NCBI GenBank assembly: GCA_965203295.1
Contig: CBDBCZ010000010.1
Location: 256,001 to 320,000, forward strand
Length of the DNA stretch: 64,000 bases
Reading direction: 5' to 3'
From: Nitrospirales bacterium
GTDB lineage: Bacteria > Nitrospirota > Nitrospiria > Nitrospirales > UBA8639
In this document: positions 25,494 through 37,662 of the stretch, piece after piece
How positions within the stretch are numbered: position 1 is the stretch's first letter
Layout of the letters: every line of letters starts with the position of its first letter
The notes under the pieces: model-generated
The model's database searches: none
What the model was told of the DNA's origin: nothing
What the model saw: only the letters and a program-made list of their open reading frames with translations
Translations under genes and position numbers: made by a program

Positions 25494-26995
25494 TTAAGAT
25501 CTAGCTGTAGCTCTTCATCTTCAGGATGCAGTTCATCTCGACAGGTTGGCAATGTGCCACGCCCAAGTACTAGGTCAGATGAATCACCATCTCCTGATTC
25601 AGAACCTGATCTTCCATCGATCCTTGGCGGAAGAGTGCTTCCTTGATCACACGTGAAAGTCTCTATGACATATTTTCTTCTCTACCCAGAAAATGCATAG
25701 ATATAGTCTGTGGCGTGTTCTGGAGACACTGCACGTGGTCTGAATGAGCTTCTAGACCCAGCTCCGCCAAAGCTACTTCGCCTCATTGGTGAAAAGTGTC
25801 TAACAGGTCATGTCGCCAAATGCCGAGTGGATGAAGATGACGTGTTTAATGATGCAATTGCATTTTACAAACATCCAGAATTATGTACATCTAGCCCTGT
25901 CCGTGTTTATTACAACAACCAGCCTGGCATCGATACCGGTGGTATTAAACGTCAGTTTTTTTACAGATGTATTGCAAGAATTTGCTGAGACTGATCCCAT
26001 GTCGCTATTTGTCGGGCCACCGAAACGTCTGCGTTCAGACAATAGTCCACAAGTTCTCGCACTCATTAAGATTCTTGGAAGTATTAAAACCCATTCCTGG
26101 TGCAAGAAGGGCCTGGATTTCCTTTTTTTGCACCATTTGTATATTGGTATCTGGTGACTTCACCCGAAGTGGCACTTTCATATGTCACAGTGATGGACTT
26201 GTCCGATTCCACTGCCACTACCGTGGAAATGGTAAGGCTGCAGTAAATTAGGACTTTGTAACTGTCTTGGATTATAGTTAGGCAGTAGAAGGATTTACAG
26301 AAAGGCTGAGTGAAAAAAACCTCAGGCTGGTAGCTTCATTCTATCCAAAATTCTTTGTGTTTACACATTGTAGAGCCTGGATTTGGTTGTAGTAACCATC
26401 ACTGAACTTGTTTTTTTTGTTTATACAGTTGAATGATGCCAGTTCTGGAGAAAGATTTTGATCGTGTGGCTTCTTGTAGTGTCTTTGACAGTCTAATTCG
26501 AGAGAGTGGCTCAAGGCGTGTCATTTCAGTAAGCCAATTAATTAATGTTGAATGGTGGGCATTTATTACTATACTGTGGAATACAGAATACTGCTAGTTC
26601 TGTTCAGGAAAGTGTGTAGGTGTGTGTGTATGTGGGGGGGAGGCAGCTAAATTAAAGTCTTGACTTCATTATTAATATTTATCACTGCAGTTTGGTAACA
26701 AGGGCGCAATCATACAAGACTTTACGCTGCACGATGCAATTCTAAAGCGTAAGGGTGTTCTTGATCAACTTGCCAGTGGACTGTCAATTTTGGGACTCCT
26801 TGATGTGGTCAAGTGTTTTCCAGTTGAGTTTGAGCCGCTGTTCACCTACCAACACTCTCAAATGCTGGATGCTGAACAAATGATGCAACTATTTCAGTTT
26901 CCAGATAACCCAACTAGTGCACAGGCAGAGGTGATATCCATGTTTAAGCAGTTTGTGAGGTCATCTAAACCAGAAGGTCAGTGCACCTTGGGTAT

Positions 26996-27552
26996 GTTCG
27001 ATAACATCGAAAGCGTCCCCACAGTTCGCTAATCATCATCGAAACTACCGTTCCGTGCGCATGCGCTAGCTATTTCCACGAGGCCGGCCGGAGTGACTGC
27101 TGATAGCTACTGCGAGACCCAAGATAGACTGCGCTACTTATGAGAGGTGAGATTGGACGATGTCATTTTGTTCCCTGCATGGCAGACTTCATGAAGTCGT
27201 CTCTTCTACCAGATCCGGTGCACGGTTGGAGCTGCCTGTGAACTGCCAGTGTGCACTGAGCTAATTTCTCAGTCTGAGTTCAAGTAGACATTCAGCTGTT
27301 CCTCTTGTCCAGACATCACTTGCTCGCCAGGTGTTTGTCGGAGCTAGGTAAGGGGATATTCAAGGTGTATGTATGTTACCTCAAACCATACCTTTTCTTC
27401 ACGTGTAGTTCTCGGTTACCAGCTGGCCCATCTTCATGATGGCTGAGAGTGGGGTTGACAAGCACCTACAGGAGCATGGACAGGTCTGTACTTATACTAT
27501 GTACCATGGCCCATAGCTAATGTCATGCCCTCACCCATGAATGTTTACACTA
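26996..27552 (+). repeat. Inner part of the right TIR, flipped by an inversion
   Basis: Near-identical direct copy of ~16584-17139, including the MMAESGVDKHLQEHGQ exon at 27436-27483. Confidence 0.9.
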
Positions 27553-29936
27553 ACAAAAGCAACGATAGTTGTTCAGAGTGTATAAACGGATGATGCTATT
27601 GCTCCACTTAACCTCTTTAGATGCAGCAAGTGCTACATGACCTCAGTTTGGGAGATCACATTGTAGCAAAATTTGCAACAGAAAAGGTAAGTTCACATGC
27701 AGTAACATTATGCAGTGTAGACATGCCATGGTTGACATAATATAGTCAATTTCAACGCCTCACTTATTACAGAGAAACCTCTACTTTTTGCTATCTGAAG
27801 GTCTCTAAACATTCAGCGACCTTGGTTCATGAAGGTGACTCCAGGATTGGTGGAGTATATTACTAGAAGTGCCTATTTCACTCTGTTGAGGTTACTTCTT
27901 GTTACCAATCACATAGTGCACCATTGTAACTTAATTGCGAAACAGCACTAGCCTTTCATACCCTCTGTCTGTAGATTATATAGACAACTCTTCCTAAACA
28001 CTTCTGTATATACTGTGGTAGGGATGAGCATGGGAGAGGAGTAAATGAGGCACTAATAGTATTGTTGACATTCATTGCTCTAAGGTGCTTTTGCACTAGG
28101 GGGTGAGACAACACGTAAATGTGAAGAAAATGTTACTGTGGACTTTGCAGGTGACTCCAAGACTTGTACCAAGTCTGAGCGATGGCCAGTTGTTGCAACT
28201 TGGTGTGGTCAATGTTGGCCAAAGAGTCATGTTGAGGTCTGCTTGCTTGTGCCATCCCTCATTTGTTGAAGGTAAGCAATATGCATGTAGCCTACAAATA
28301 CTTTTGAGAGTGTACTCCAGTGCCTCCCTTTGCTTAAAGTAGCTAAACATAATATACATCCAACAGGCATACTTTATGTGCTACATTACATATTAAAGAG
28401 GGAATGAGCTCATTTCTTGGGGTGGGCTTGTTTTTAGGAATAGGTTTAAATAGAGTATATTTTGGTCACACAAAGGATTGCACATGTTTACATCTGTATA
28501 CAGATCACATCCATTGTTTGATTGATCGTGCTTCACGTATCAATGAGGGGAGTTTCATATTGAGTGATCTGGAGTCAGATATTGATCTACTGGATAACAT
28601 ACTATTGTCATCTAGACGTGAAGAGTATGCTTGTTCCAGACTAGCAGCATTACATGTAATGCTTGCATCATTACATCAGAGGTGGGCAAATCGTATGGCA
28701 CACGAGTCGGTATGTTCCCAAGTGGCTACAGGAATTAGTGGAGCATCACTGGACTATAATGCTGCTGTTGGTCGCCCAAGGATTAGTGTTAACGTGGAAA
28801 TGATAGAGCTGCTGCATTCAGCTGGTTATAAGATGAAAAAAATAGCTCATGCACTGATGATTAGCAGAACAACCCTGTGGAGAAGGCTGGCAGAGGAGAA
28901 TGTTGATTTAGATAGGTACAGTAATATTTCAGATGATGAGCTGGACGTACTAGTAGGGGAAATTCAGACTAACCATCCTCACAGTGGTAGAGGACAAGGA
29001 CAGCTAGAGAGTCAAGGGATTCGACTTCAACGTTATAGACTAATAGATAGCATCCATCGAACCAATCCCATTGAGAGTAGCTTAAGGTGGCAGCAAGTGA
29101 TTCAAAGGCGGACATACAATGTCCCTGGTCCCAATAGTCTTTGGCACATTGATAGCCATCACAGTCTGATTCAGTGGCGATTTGTGATACATGGTTGTAT
29201 TGATGGTTATTCCCGTTTAATTACCCACTTGAAATGTTGTACAGACAACAAAAGTGCAACTACTTTAGACCTTTTTATGAATAGTGTTCACAAATTTGGA
29301 TTGCCTTCAAGGGTTTGTTCAGACAAAGGGATGGAAAATATTCGTGTTTGTGAATACATGGTATCTGTACGTGGCACTGGAAGACAGCCATATTGCTGGT
29401 GCGTCTACCCACAATCAGCGCATCGAGAGATTCTGGAGGGATGTTTATCGTTGTGTGGCAGCCACATTTCATTCACTCTTCTACTACTTAGAAGCATTCC
29501 ATGAACTTGACCCTCTTTCAGATGTTGACTTATTTGTTTTACATACAGTATTCCTCCCACGAATAAACAAATGTTTGTCTGAATTTGCTGCTGGGTGGAA
29601 CAGTCATCCAATGAGAAATGAGAGGAATTGGTCACCAAAGAAAATATGGCTAAATGGTGTAATTGACCCAACGAATGCAAGTCATACTGCCATCCGTGAT
29701 ATAACTGATCCTACCCCGGACATCCCTGAGGAGTTTGGTATTGACCCAGAAGGTCCACTGCCCCTTAACCCAGATGAGGATGGCGAGGTAGTAGTGCCAG
29801 ACATTGTTGCGCCACTTAGCGGTCAAGCACTGGATGAGTTTATTCTCCAAGCCAACCTCTTGAAGAGTACAGTGACTATGGAGTTGGCAAGTATACCACT
29901 GTGCATCAGCTACTGAACGACCTCCTTGAGCACTGA
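27436..29936 (+). pseudogene. SAM + HTH + integrase-core (IS3EU-like) DDE transposase, frameshifted
   Basis: Exons 27436-27483, 27621-27686 (MQQVLHDLSLGDHIVAKFATEK), 28151-28271 (VTPRLVPSLSDGQLLQLGVVNVGQRVMLRSAC), 28504-end. Motifs IAHALMISRTTLWRR, GPNSLWHIDSHH, IHGCIDGYSR, SDKGMEN, HNQRIERFWRD, WNSHPM; frameshift at ~29385. Confidence 0.88.
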
Positions 29937-30185
29937 CTTATATATGTACTAATAAGTTATAAGTCTTTCTTGCAAACACATGCATGATTTGTTATGATAT
30001 ATACTCTTGTATGCCACACACAATATTTGTTATGCAATGTGAAATGAATCATAGTCGAAACTCACTCATGATAACAAAATACACCACAAAGAACAAACCA
30101 CAACATCTATGCATAAATGGGAACAGTATCATGTATACATGCATGTAGCTACACAGCCTGCTGCTACATACATGACTGTACATAT

Positions 30186-30427
30186 CACTTAAAACCACTG
30201 ATTTTCACAGTGGTAAATGATTTCCTTACACAAGCCAAAACTGCTTGCATACAAGATTCAAATGTATTGTAATCAGTGATGTGTGATGGAAGTGTCAGGT
30301 GCAACAAGCACGTTGAAGCAATGATGGCAAGTGAATCCTGAAACTTCACTTTCACTCGGCCAAGAGAATAACCACTAGGAGGAATATACTGCGATCCTGT
30401 ATTATACTGCAACAGCTGCCGGTGACC
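30186..30427 (-). pseudogene. Terminal HECT C-lobe exon with the catalytic Cys, belonging to the gene at 17023-26976
   Basis: ag|GHRQLLQYNTGSQYIPP..IIASTCLLHLTLPS; continues ..VRSSKPE(G)|gt at 26976 once the inversion is undone. Confidence 0.8.
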
Positions 30428-30653
30428 TAAATAAATGTGAAAACAGTTAAGCAGTTGGTTGTCTTTCATGTAGGAACCCGTAACAAAATGGGAGGGCAAA
30501 CTAGTAGATGTATAGCGTGGATACAATTACTCTATTGAGCAGCACATTCAATGTCCAGAGAGCCACACAAACCACTAAGGGACTATAATTCATACTAAAA
30601 TAAAGGGAACTGAATCAGATAGCTACTCCTACCCATGTATATACAGTCTGTAT

Positions 30654-30963
30654 AAACGTAACTTCGATCGGTTCGATAGTTATCGAACATTATGCATTGG
30701 CTGGTAAGTTTCGAACCATTATAACATTTCGATATTTTTTTTGCAGCGTTCGATGTTATGAAACGTTATCGAACCATCTGTTCGCAACAAACCTTTTGTT
30801 AGCAACAATTTCATGCATTCGATAACTATTTGATAGGTTCAAATCTGTGAAACTTTTTTTAAAGTGACAGTTCCATGCGTTCGATAGTTATCGAATGTTA
30901 CAAATTATCCCGTTATTGCATGACTCAAATGACATGGAATTTTGAAACAAACGGATAACCATA
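30654..30963 (-). repeat. Outer part of the right TIR
   Basis: Reverse complement of 16307-~16583, with small indels including ~40 extra bp near 30895-30935. Confidence 0.9.
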
Positions 30964-31259
30964 TAAATTACAAGGTACGTACATTTGTGTGTGTTAGTGT
31001 TGTGCCTGGTGAAAACCCTGTAATCGATACACACAGATTTTCTCAATGCCAGTAGTTATGTATAGTGCATACAATAGCAGAATATTTTGGTTATTATTTG
31101 TGAAGTTACCCGATGATTTCTACTCTAATTGTCCTGTATTGAACGTCATGCTATTTATTTAGCCTCATTCCCAGGCCTCTACACCTTCATTTATGTGGGT
31201 AGAAGCCTGGGAATAAGGCTGGTACATGTATGTGTAACTATTGTCTATTTCAGCACTTA

Positions 31260-31690
31260 CCTAGTTTGGTACCAGAGATCTCATCTGGGATTCCTACCCT
31301 CTCTTCAAAAGGTGTCACATGCATACAAGTCGTCCTCAAAAAGAGTCTCAAAGAGCTCGACTGACGAAAAGAAATTGTCGAAGTACAGGTGATAGTTACC
31401 ACCCACCAGTGGCTGGGACAACTTCCGAACGACGTTTGCTCCTAAATGATGCTGTGGTGCCTCCTCTTTGCCCGTGTACACATCCAGGTCACAATGTACC
31501 CGTTGATGCTATCGGCCCTCATCCAGACCTTAAATCCACGCTTGATTGGTTTCAGCGGGAGGTACTGCTTTAGGGATGACCTCCCTTTGAGCTTGATCAT
31601 GGCTTCGTCGATCGCGTTCTCTCGATCAGGTTTGTAGCTCTCCAGGAAGATCTGTTACTTGTTTTGCTAATCATGTCCAGTAGATGTGCG
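31260..31690 (-). pseudogene. piggyBac 1 transposase core exon
   Basis: ENAIDEAMIKLKGRSSLKQYLPLKPIKRGFKVWMRADS..GY, YHLYFDNFFSSVELF; donor gtaag near 31260. Confidence 0.85.
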
Positions 31691-31779
31691 CGTGTGTGTG
31701 TGTGGGGGGGGGGGGGGTGTGCTCTTACTAGACTTCGCTCCAGATCTAGATTTGTAATGACATATTTTGTCTTTTCCAG

Positions 31780-34269
31780 GTTCTCAGAGAGCAACTGTTT
31801 GATACTGCTTTGTACTGGCTCTGGTCGACTGATGCTCTGCATGCTGTGCACAGGGCTGAAGATGATGATGTATGTCCATCTGATGTAAGTATATGCTCAA
31901 TTCCATGCCATGCCATGAGTCCTTACTACATCCTTCCTTATTGTGCATTCCTTTCAGTTGCGTACCAGAACAGAGGAATACGGCCTGAGCAAGGATGTAG
32001 ATGTGTCGTTATGGCTGGACTACCGTGCATACCATCGGAGGCCAACTCTTCGGGAGTCTCATGGATTTGTCATTGTTGATCCAGACCTCCACAAGCAATA
32101 TGAGGAGTTTCGAGCTACGAATGCTGTCAGCATTGTGAGTTTACTGCCTCAGAATGAGCTCTTACAAATTTGGTGCAAAACGCAGAAGCTTTCTTCTGTA
32201 CGAATAGTGGAGAAGTATGGTGGCAATTACATCAAGTTGTTTAGAAACGGAGTTGATCAACTTGGTCTGTAGGTGCGTGAGAAGCGGGATCAAGTCACTA
32301 CCAGAGGATGGGAGAGCCTTTCACTATCACAGATTGACACTCATCCGGAATCTCAGCTCGATAGGGACCACGGTGACACTAAGCCAATTCGGTCAGAAGA
32401 GTAGGACTGCAAGATCACAGGTGTTCAACTTCCGGCTGAGCCAATGTCGAAGCTGAAGAAACGATGACAGAAGCAACTTCAGAAGATTAAAAATCGGAAC
32501 TTGGTATCGTTAGAGAAGGCCGGATGCTCAATGATTCCCACATGACCGCTGCCATTCAGCTCCTCAAGCAGCAATTCCCATCTATTCATTGGTTACAGTT
32601 AACGCTCCTTGGACAAGACCTCTCGTTTGAGCCTGTGGATATGCCATTTATTCAAATTCTACACGTTGGAGGCCTGCACTGGATAACCGTGGAAGCTTGC
32701 CACGACTCACTCATTAGAGTCTATGACAGCCTCCTACCCCACTGTGAGCACATCTGTTCAAACACAGATAGCTTCAATTATGAATTCACAGAAGTCATCT
32801 GTCACATTGGTTGCTGAAAGGACCCAATTCCAGGGAGGTGGGGTGGATTGTGGTCTCTTTGCCATAGCCTATGCCACAGATCTCTGCTATGGGAACAACC
32901 CAGCGGCTTACAGGTACGTGTTTATTAAGGTAGGAAGAGCCTCACCTTCGAATCCGCGTGATTCTCCTCATGAATAATTAATGAGATGACGTCACTCACG
33001 TGGCGCTAATTAGATTCATTGATATGTTTGCATTTTCCCATGGCGGCAACCGGAATCAACAGGAGGGGTGTGTCACTTTGATGTGGATAGCGGCTCTTTC
33101 ATATGCAATATCGGCACTTTGATGTGGTTGAGCGGTACTCTGATGTTGGCTTTCAACACTTTTTTTTTTTTTTTTTTAAAGATATGACATCATAGAATTG
33201 TGAGTAGGCTTTTTATGTTAGAATAGCTAGCTAGTGTGTTGTAGAAAGTTTGTTAGGCTGCCCGAGTGGCTAGAAGTAAGCCAGACAGACGGATAGTGGC
33301 AGGTTGTTGCCCATCTCAGGTAGGCTAGAATAGTCACCTTTCGGGTCTGTAGGCCCCGCCCATTTTTTTAAAATTAGCTTGAATAGCTAGTTGTGTGAAA
33401 ATCTGTGGAGATTTATAGGGAGAGCTTTGGTGGGTGGTTCTCAGAAACCGAGGGGTGAATGAAAAATCGCATTCCTAATTTTTGTGGGAGTAGGTTGAAG
33501 TTTGTAATGCAGGGCTCGAATTCGTCGGGTGAGCATGGGCGGTTGCCGATTTTTTTTTGAAAGTCAGGATAGCGAAAATGAGGGTTTTTGGGTGGTTGGA
33601 TGCGTTCAGGGCTGTAAAACTGGCTTTGAAGCATTCCTGTGAAAAAGCATACCTACATTTGTAGCCTGTCCTCTGTAGGTACTGGTGTTGTTGCCAGACT
33701 GTGGGTGGGGCTCTAGCAGATTCCAAAATTTCTCGTATTTTAAAGCAACCCGAAATTGCGTTTTTGTGGATTATTTAGCAGGAGGTGTGGTTAGATGCAA
33801 AATTTTTGTCAATTCGAGGTAGACTCTCATGTTATCAACAAAGCCGTCCATTTGAATTGTGGATTCCAGGTGCTCTTCCTACCTTAATATAGTGAAGTAG
33901 TTCCTTTCCCTTTTGCACCATTCTGTGTATAGTAGGCTCTGCTGTATGCTTTCAAATGTGTATATTATCTCAAACTTCTTGTTCATAGGTATGACCAAGC
34001 TGAACTAAGGGATGCACTTCTTCAAGTGCTTACAGGAGGGAAAGATGGAACCATTCCTGTCCCACATGATACGTGCAGGAGGGCCCGTCGGAAATGAAAC
34101 TGTGGGTTTGTACTGTATGTGTCGACTCCCAGACAATGGAGAGGAGCGTATGGCCATGTGCAGCAAGTGTGGGGAGTGGTTTCATGAATCCTGTGAAAGG
34201 ATTCCAAAAGCTGTATTTAAGCAGAACAGCCTGCAGTGGTTTTGTATATCATGCACTCCAGCACTGTAA
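31780..34269 (+). pseudogene. Gene fragment with Ulp1/C48-like cysteine protease and C-terminal PHD finger
   Basis: LNDSHM, QILHVGGLHWITV, VYDS, QFQGGGVDCGLFAIAYA (H-D-Q-C residues), then LYCMCRLPD..CSKCGEWFHESC..WFCISC; frameshifts. Confidence 0.75.
32929..33883. mobile_element. Kolobok-type non-autonomous element in intron
   Basis: TTAA|ggtaggaagagc ... gctcttcctacc|TTAA; RR..YY termini. Confidence 0.8.
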
Positions 34270-34861
34270 ACCTTTACATCTATTGTGTTCACTTTGAGTT
34301 AAAATGTGATTGTTCATTACTTTTCCACTATTAAAGAGTCAGACAGAAACGCCCAGTCTCTCGGGCCCGCCCACTTCCGCTTGGACGGATGTGGGCTGGC
34401 CCGCGAGACGAAGAAACTGTTACTTCCGTACACAACTTATTTTCACACAACTACTTATAACTTAAAAGTTACCTCAGCAAGGTAAGTGTGCGCCTGGACT
34501 GGGAAAAGATGTCTTTGAACTCCAGCTTAGTCTTGCTGACTGCTATGGGCCTCTTTCCCAGCCGAGTTTTAATACATCCATAAGGCTAATGTGAATTTAT
34601 ATAGGCATTTTTATATTAGGCGTTAATATAAAGTACATGTTGTTTTAAAATTTATATGGGCACATAAATGTGCCCATGGCGTTCAAAGAGTTAACCCTTC
34701 AGGCACTCAGACATTTTACTTTTCGCGTAGTCTGAACGCTCTCTGCTCGGAAACTCCAGCTCAAGTCAGATGGAGCTTTTGATAGTCTGACATACCTCTA
34801 CACTCTCTCAGACAACCATTAGTGCTTGTAGCTTGAAGCATTCTCGATGGGCCGGGGTCCA

Positions 34862-34902
34862 TAGTCTCGTGAGCCAGGTGTTCAGACTGGCTCGCGAGAC
34901 TA
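34862..34902. mobile_element. 41-bp Academ-type micro-MITE
   Basis: tagtctcgtgagccag-gtgttcaga-ctggctcgcgagacta hairpin; flanks cggggtcca / gggggtcca (8/9). Confidence 0.8.
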
Positions 34903-35528
34903 GGGGGTCCATTCCTCCAGGGGGGAGTTTATTTAGCCGGGGATGGATGGAGTCCCGGGGTCCATTTATCCTAGGAGATTTGGACCGGGGGTCCAACTGT
35001 ACTAGGATAAATGGACCTAGGATTAATTTTCGGGGGGGGGGGGGGGGGGGGTCCAACTGTCCTGCGACACCGGCTCTCTAGTCACTTCGCTTCGATAAAA
35101 GTGGCGTGAACGTGTGCGGGTGAAGAATCGTGTTGTATCTGGAGATCAAGCGGACTTCCGGTATTGCAAGTCTGTCATATTTTGATGGAGAGTAATTTAA
35201 CTGGTAACGGTGCTTGGCGGAGACAAAAGCTACGTGCTAAAAGGAAACTACCAAGAATAGCGGCCCTGTGTAGGGTTTGGGTGGGTTTTTTATGTCCTTA
35301 GTAAACTAGCAAATTATTCTTCCCAGTTGGTAGTATGTAGGCACGCAAGCCGTTTAGATATTAGATAGGGGAAGGCTGGTAATGAGCTTCGGATAAGTGG
35401 AATGGAGAAGTATAGTGTGAGGGGCATTGAAGGTCATAGAATATCAGTTTCGTGCATAGTGTATAAAATATTTGCGGTGAAACTATTGTAAAGTGCGAGG
35501 TAAACCAAGGAACTGTCAAGGAAGCTAT

Positions 35529-37595
35529 TTATGCATGTGAATTCTCTGTGTGGAATTCCAGGAAACAACCACCACGACACAGGTGTACAGGACAGCGATT
35601 GCAGCCGTACACGGTTTCAGGAGTGCGCCCAGACGGATTCCTGTGTCCATGAAGCGAGCAGTTCATACATGCTCCCTTGCGTCCTTCCAACGTCACCTCA
35701 GAATGACCTGGTAGGTTTGGAAGGGAGAAGGCATTGTCGAAGGGTGTTGCCTTTCGCTTTTTACCTCCGTACCGCTTCCTTCCACTGTAGCCACCAATCA
35801 GTTCCGTCGCAAGTTCTAGCCGAAACTCCAAGTCAGTGCGGCGAGATCTCGAGGATGGCCTGTGAGACGAAAGCCCCTCAACTAGGAAAGCATTGGAGAT
35901 GGACACATCCAATAGGTACCAAAAAATGAACCTCCAGCATATCTTGCCAGAACAACCAGATGGATGATACGATCGTAGCTGGTTATACAGATCGACACCA
36001 CCCATGCTGCGTTTGTATAGGTGGACTAGAGCTGGGATTTCAACCTCCTTAACGCGTGGAGGGGCTTTCATACACCTCTGGACCGTGGTGTGCTCGTCTG
36101 GGTTGCAGTTGGAGGAAAGAACCGCAACTTGCCTTTTATCGTACCACAAGGTAACGAGCAGATTTTCCTTCTGCAGCTGGCGCTTCTCGCCAGCTTTGAT
36201 TTTCAACCCCTGCTTTCGTTCTCCTCCTCTTGCCTTGTAGGGATCCTGGTACCTATTGGCACGAAGTGTGCCACAGGCATAGGTACCACGTCGCCGTAGC
36301 TCCTCCACCAGCTGTACAGATGTGAAAAGTTGTCAAAGAAGACATGGCGGTTGCAGTGCTGAAACAGCTCTGTCATGTCCAGGACAACATTGGTGGCCAG
36401 CCCCACTTCACCTCTGCCACTGGAAACTGGCTTTCCAAGGTACATCTCGTAGTTGGAGACGTATCCTGTGTTGGAGTCAGCTGCCATCGAGACTTTGATG
36501 CCATACTTGATGGGCTTTTTTGGCATGTACTGCCTGAAGTACAGTCTCCTCTTGTATTGAATCATGCCTTCGTCCACACTCATGTTTTCGCCAGGAACGT
36601 ACCGGTCTCTGAAGTTCTGTTGGCACAATGTGATCAGCGGGCGGATCTTGTAGAGGGGGTCGTATTCTGGATCGCCTCGGCCTGGCATCGCATCAAAATC
36701 GTTTAGGTGGAGGTAATGGTACAGAGCCTCAAAGCGCTCCCGTGGCATCACTGACTGGATCCCCGCATTGCGAAGGTAAAGATCAGTCGACCAATAATAA
36801 GCAATAGCAGGCTTTTGGTCGATCCCCGTTATGATGTTAATGCCAATGAACACCCTTATCTCCTGCAGTGCGGTGGGGTACCACTTCCGGTCTGGCTTCT
36901 CTACCTGCCTCTGCATCGCGTACCGATTGGTTTCACTGGTCACCGTCTCGAAAAAGAGTGGCTCCCAGAAGAGGCTAAAGGAGTCTGCCAGAGTGGCATC
37001 CTGTGGCAGCTGGTGAACTGGACCAGCAGACTCTTCGAAGGGTCGAAGCATGGGGATCGGCTGCACCCTCTCCGACCATCTCGTCCCAATCAAGTCAGCA
37101 GTGCCTGTGTATGGAATTTTTATTTGTTACAATGCATTATCAGAGTGTTTGTTGCGTATTATGGAAACACTACATGTACTCACCAGGACTGACTCTGCCT
37201 GTGGCAGGTGAGACTGGCGGAGACGGTGAGGAAGTTGTGCCCCAGGGAGGTGAATCGGGTGGGGATGGTGTCAAAGTGATACCAGTGCCTTCTGCAGTGA
37301 AAGAATGCAAGTCAGTGTGCAGTTGTAGGTGCCTGAAATGTGACTTACCATCACAGTCCTCTGCATTCTCCTCATCAGAGACTGCATTCTCACTTTCGCC
37401 ACCTTTGTAAAAATGTAATAAAAATCTGTTGTATTCATTGTTTTTAGAGCTTTAATACCATAATCTGCACTCATCGTCACTGGGCTCATCCGAATCGGAC
37501 TCGTCAGAATCCAGATGGATCATAAAGAGGGCTTCCAGTGCTGCTCTGTCACTGAGAATGTCATCAAGTACACTGCCACCGGTTCCAGCAGCCAT
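35529..37595 (-). pseudogene. piggyBac 2 transposase (PGBD4-like), nearly complete, frameshift at ~36310
   Basis: SVDEGM, QYMPKKPIKYGIK, FFDNF, GTLRANR, MGGVDL, C-terminal CMNC..GCNRCPVHLC..CF..FH. Confidence 0.92.
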
Positions 37596-37662
37596 TCTCA
37601 AGCTCTAGCTCTCTTTACACTATACAATCTCTGTTGATACGCACCTTGAAACTTTGTGAATA

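Larger units (their letters stand above)
17023..26976 (+). pseudogene. SAM + Ser-rich linker + HECT E3 ubiquitin ligase gene (last exon displaced to 30186-30427)
   Basis: Exons 17023-17070 MMAESGVDKHLQEHGQ, 17751-17816 MERVLTDLGMSSDVKEHFRQEK, 18590-18701 VTPRLVPRLTDDQLIQLGVATIGDRAAWRSAC; HECT N-lobe PGIDTGGIKRQFF (~25920) and GLLDVVKCFPVEFEPLF; disrupted by insertions and frameshifts. Confidence 0.75.
16307..30963. mobile_element. IS3EU-like DNA transposon with ~830-bp TIRs, carrying SAM-HECT and SAM-transposase genes
   Basis: Termini tatggttgtccgtttgtttcaaaattcca / tggaattttgaaacaaacggataaccata (TAT..ATA) with a perfect 6-bp TSD taaatt (16301-16306, 30964-30969); inserted at the 3' end of a piggyBac intron. 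Confidence 0.9.
9153..31690 (-). mobile_element. piggyBac element 1, interrupted by two large insertions (9175-15241, 16307-30963); 5' end not found
   Basis: TTAA|ccctttatagc at 9149-9163; transposase pieces at ~15700-16300 and ~31260-31690 are collinear once the insertions are removed. Confidence 0.6.
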
